Of a stretch of 48,267 bases of DNA, positions 45,722 to 48,267 are shown piece after piece. The notes under the pieces are model-generated. The model did not search any database and was not told the origin of the DNA. It worked only from the letters and a program-made list of their open reading frames with translations. Source of the DNA: a virus. Taxonomy: Duplodnaviria; Caudoviricetes. The stretch spans positions 1-48,267 of IMG/VR virus record IMGVR_UViG_3300026026_000024, one strand, 5' to 3'. Made by a program: the position numbers and the translations under genes. How positions within the stretch are numbered: the stretch's first letter is position 1; each line of letters begins with the position of its first letter.

Positions 45722-46782
45722 GTTATTATTATGGATGATTCGTTAAAAAGTGACTTTCTTACTCTATCTATTTCAATCTTCAGCTTTTGATTCAATCCCA
45801 CATTACGGGGTACATTCTCTCCAGTCTGTGTTTCCAGGTCGAAGGCTGCAATGTCAGGTAGTTTTTCATTTACCCTTTTCGTTGCGTTTATCCTTCCGCT
45901 GGTTTTAATTAACTCCAGGACACGAATAGCAAACGAGTAGCCCTGGATAGGGTCAAACATCGCTTGATTTGTCATTATAAGATTCGTGTAATCACAGAAA
46001 GAGGATATGTCAAGGTTCAGTCCCCAGCATTCCGACCGGTATGAAAGAGAGCCAATATCAAACAAATTTGTTCCGTTAGGTTCAACGCTTATTGAGCGTA
46101 ACCTGATACCGTTAAATGTTGTGTGTTTGTTTGCGCCGTTCCATACACGGTCGTATGCTTGGACAGTTCCTAAATCATTCTGAAAATATCCAAAATAGAA
46201 TTTACCCGATCCATACGTCGAAGTCTGATTGTAAAGTTTTTGATTCAATTCCAACTTGTAAAAGTCGTCGGCTACGGAAGTAGCACTAAAATCAGCAACT
46301 TTACTTTTCTTTGATGAATGAAATAGGTAGAGTTTAAAAGCCTTTACTCCGTTGAATTGCAGTATAACACTATTAAGCACATTTACAATATTAGCGGTTT
46401 CAGGTACTGAGATTTCAAAACCTACAAACTTACCCTCGTTTGCGATTGCGTTCTCGAACACATTCTCACGAGTGTAAAGCATCCTGTTCTCAATCAAATC
46501 CCTTTTACCCTCGAAAACACGGTTTAAACCTGTTTTAATCGCTTCTTTCTGCCATGTAAGTATCAAAGCGTTAACTTCAGCATCGGTGATGTCAGGATCA
46601 TCCTGGCAGTCTAAAATGTTAATGAAGTTAGCCAACGAATGAAACTCATCATACGTAAGCCCTGACCTTGTGACTTTGGAAGCAGCATCAAGTTTACCCG
46701 TGTAACCGGTTTTAGTGGGTTCCTTTAATCCAATACGCTGGTAAAGTCCCGTCGTGCCTAATATGGTCGTACTGTCGTACAT
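45718..46782 (-). CDS. Putative head-tail adaptor protein
   Basis: 354 aa two genes downstream of the capsid. Confidence 0.5.
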   Translation of the reverse strand: MYDSTTILGTTGLYQRIGLKEPTKTGYTGKLDAASKVTRSGLTYDEFHSLANFINILDCQDDPDITDAEVNALILTWQKEAIKTGLNRVFEGKRDLIENRMLYTRENVFENAIANEGKFVGFEISVPETANIVNVLNSVILQFNGVKAFKLYLFHSSKKSKVADFSATSVADDFYKLELNQKLYNQTSTYGSGKFYFGYFQNDLGTVQAYDRVWNGANKHTTFNGIRLRSISVEPNGTNLFDIGSLSYRSECWGLNLDISSFCDYTNLIMTNQAMFDPIQGYSFAIRVLELIKTSGRINATKRVNEKLPDIAAFDLETQTGENVPRNVGLNQKLKIEIDRVRKSLFNESSIIIT

Positions 46783-47214
46783 TTATTTTGCTATATACTT
46801 AGTAGTTAGCAATGTGGTATCGGCGGAAGTTCCTACGACTTTAAGCCTGTACATATAATCGTATGTTTTAAGCCTAAAGCGAGCTACTCCCGCGCCCACA
46901 ATAGTAAATGTATCGTTTGTACAGATTAAATCAGTGTCAACAGTGGTGTTCATGGATTTCCATGAAGTTCCATCAACTGATTTTTCAATGGTAATAGTAC
47001 CATCCGAAGTTCCACCGTAAGCATCAGTACAAAGAGTTTGAATGCTTAAATCCATAACCTTCGCAAATCCACCTACTGCCGGAATATAGATATAATCCGT
47101 TTCTGCATTTTTGTTGGTGTCTGCTTCTGAAGCCTTAACTGATTTATACGGAACCTGTGCGCTGGCTGCGATTGCTACAATCGCAAAAACCAACATAAAG
47201 ATTAACTTTCTCAT
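46783..47214 (-). CDS. Signal-peptide-bearing capsid-accessory (decoration-like) protein
   Basis: MRKLIFMLVFAIVAIAASA-Q; TIEKSVDGTSW...YRLKV beta-sandwich; directly after the capsid gene. Confidence 0.75.
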   Translation of the reverse strand: MRKLIFMLVFAIVAIAASAQVPYKSVKASEADTNKNAETDYIYIPAVGGFAKVMDLSIQTLCTDAYGGTSDGTITIEKSVDGTSWKSMNTTVDTDLICTNDTFTIVGAGVARFRLKTYDYMYRLKVVGTSADTTLLTTKYIAK

Positions 47215-48257
47215 TATGATTCAAGTAATCCAAATTTAACAATCGGAGAAAGATTTGATGTACTCATCGGGGCTTTCAGGAAAGCAACGTCGATAGTGAT
47301 TTCATATACTATGTCAATATCCTGAGATTCACCGTAAGTTGCACTGTTGTCAGCACCTGCAGCAAGTTCGTGAACTGCGAAAACAAGACCTGAACCCAAG
47401 GGATCAGGCATTGAGCGGTAACGACCACCAAGCTGGAAAGTGTTTCCAAAACCTTCACGGTTTTTAGAGGGAATCCAATCAATAAAACCAACAGTACCCG
47501 AAGGGAATACATAGCCCATACCATTGTAACCGGCATCGGTTGTAAGCTCCTCAGTTACGCCAAGATTAAGTCCATTGAACTGCCAACCGAGGTTAGTCGA
47601 GTTGCCCTGTCCCTGCTGGATCAGGTGTTCAGCTTCCTGCATGAAATACTCATCCACGATAGCGGAAAGTTCACCCTGATAATACTGCTCACGCATGAAA
47701 CCCCTTACCTTCTGAAATGCCCTGTCTTTGTTTGCATTGGCAATCTGGAAAAGGTAATTTGTTGCATCCCACGAACCCGATTTGGGAGTTAAGGAAACCG
47801 CAACCTGTGTTTTGTTAGTATTCAGCAAACCTAGGAAATAGGTTTCCAGGGTTCCGTGCAAGTCAATAGCTGCACTACGAAGCTGAACAGCCAATGCTTC
47901 AGCAAGTGAGAAAACGGATTTGTCACCCTGTTTAACAGAGTTTTTGAAAGTCCGGCCACGAGTTACAAATGACAAGGTTGTCTTTGTTCCGTCGTTGTTG
48001 TTACCGGATGCGGCATGGTTACGAACTGTAACGGCCGATGTTGATTGTTTGTTGAGTGTACTGATCTCAACGGTCTGTGAGTCGGAAGTTTTTACGTTCC
48101 ATACTCTTTCACGCTCTGAAGCAGGAACTAACATAGCACCGCCCTGCTTCAACGTCATAAGTGTCGTTGAGGGTTTATGCTTAAATTCCGGCCTCTGCAT
48201 GATTTCAGGCAGCTTGTACTGAGCTGCATTCCATACTACATCTGCAAAATTTGCCAT
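47214..48257 (-). CDS. Major capsid protein
   Basis: 347 aa following the scaffold gene in circular order. Confidence 0.75.
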   Translation of the reverse strand: MANFADVVWNAAQYKLPEIMQRPEFKHKPSTTLMTLKQGGAMLVPASERERVWNVKTSDSQTVEISTLNKQSTSAVTVRNHAASGNNNDGTKTTLSFVTRGRTFKNSVKQGDKSVFSLAEALAVQLRSAAIDLHGTLETYFLGLLNTNKTQVAVSLTPKSGSWDATNYLFQIANANKDRAFQKVRGFMREQYYQGELSAIVDEYFMQEAEHLIQQGQGNSTNLGWQFNGLNLGVTEELTTDAGYNGMGYVFPSGTVGFIDWIPSKNREGFGNTFQLGGRYRSMPDPLGSGLVFAVHELAAGADNSATYGESQDIDIVYEITIDVAFLKAPMSTSNLSPIVKFGLLES

Positions 48258-48267
48258 TTTTTATAAA
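48169..48267. repeat. Terminal direct repeat, right copy
   Basis: Identical to 1-99. Confidence 0.95.

Noticed and set aside
1075-48222. Numerous plus-strand ORFs of 60-130 aa in the ORF track
   Set aside because: Antisense shadows of well-supported minus-strand genes with no motifs; only 6803-7754 is credible plus-strand coding
1-48267. Lysogeny module (integrase, CI, attP)
   Set aside because: No tyrosine/serine recombinase or CI-peptidase motifs recognised; lifestyle cannot be assigned from this

Overview
Complete circular (terminally redundant) ~48.2 kb genome of a tailed dsDNA phage, probably siphovirus-like and infecting a Bacteroidota host. Evidence for the host: TAnnTTTG promoters, AT-rich leaders without Shine-Dalgarno, and Bacteroidota-style signal peptides. 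Bases 1-99 repeat exactly at 48169-48267. Almost all genes are on the minus strand. An early/replication arm runs 27046->7860: recombination, SSB, MTases, HNHs, initiator, DnaB, ECF sigma, accessory cassettes, GT/MT. It is followed by terS-terL-portal-scaffold-capsid-neck-tail-TMP-receptor-binding-lysis genes (5071->1, 48257->27200). A small plus-strand island sits at 6700-7800. No integrase or CI-like repressor was recognised. Main unusual signal: five genes at capsid-accessory and tail/receptor-binding positions encode Sec signal peptides cleaved before Gln and are rich in the Bacteroidota O-glycosylation sequon D-[S/T]-[A/L/V/I/M/T]. This suggests virion parts that are exported, matured or glycosylated in the host envelope. 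Other highlights: an HNH nuclease fully overprinted inside a still-open host gene; HNH insertions that carry replacement ends of the genes they disrupt; a two-frame C5 methyltransferase with TAG-CTG inserted between its catalytic Pro and Cys; direct-repeat-bounded accessory gene cassettes; a duplicated 106-bp early promoter; and a C4/CI-like antisense RNA leader. All protein calls come from motif recognition by eye, not database searches.
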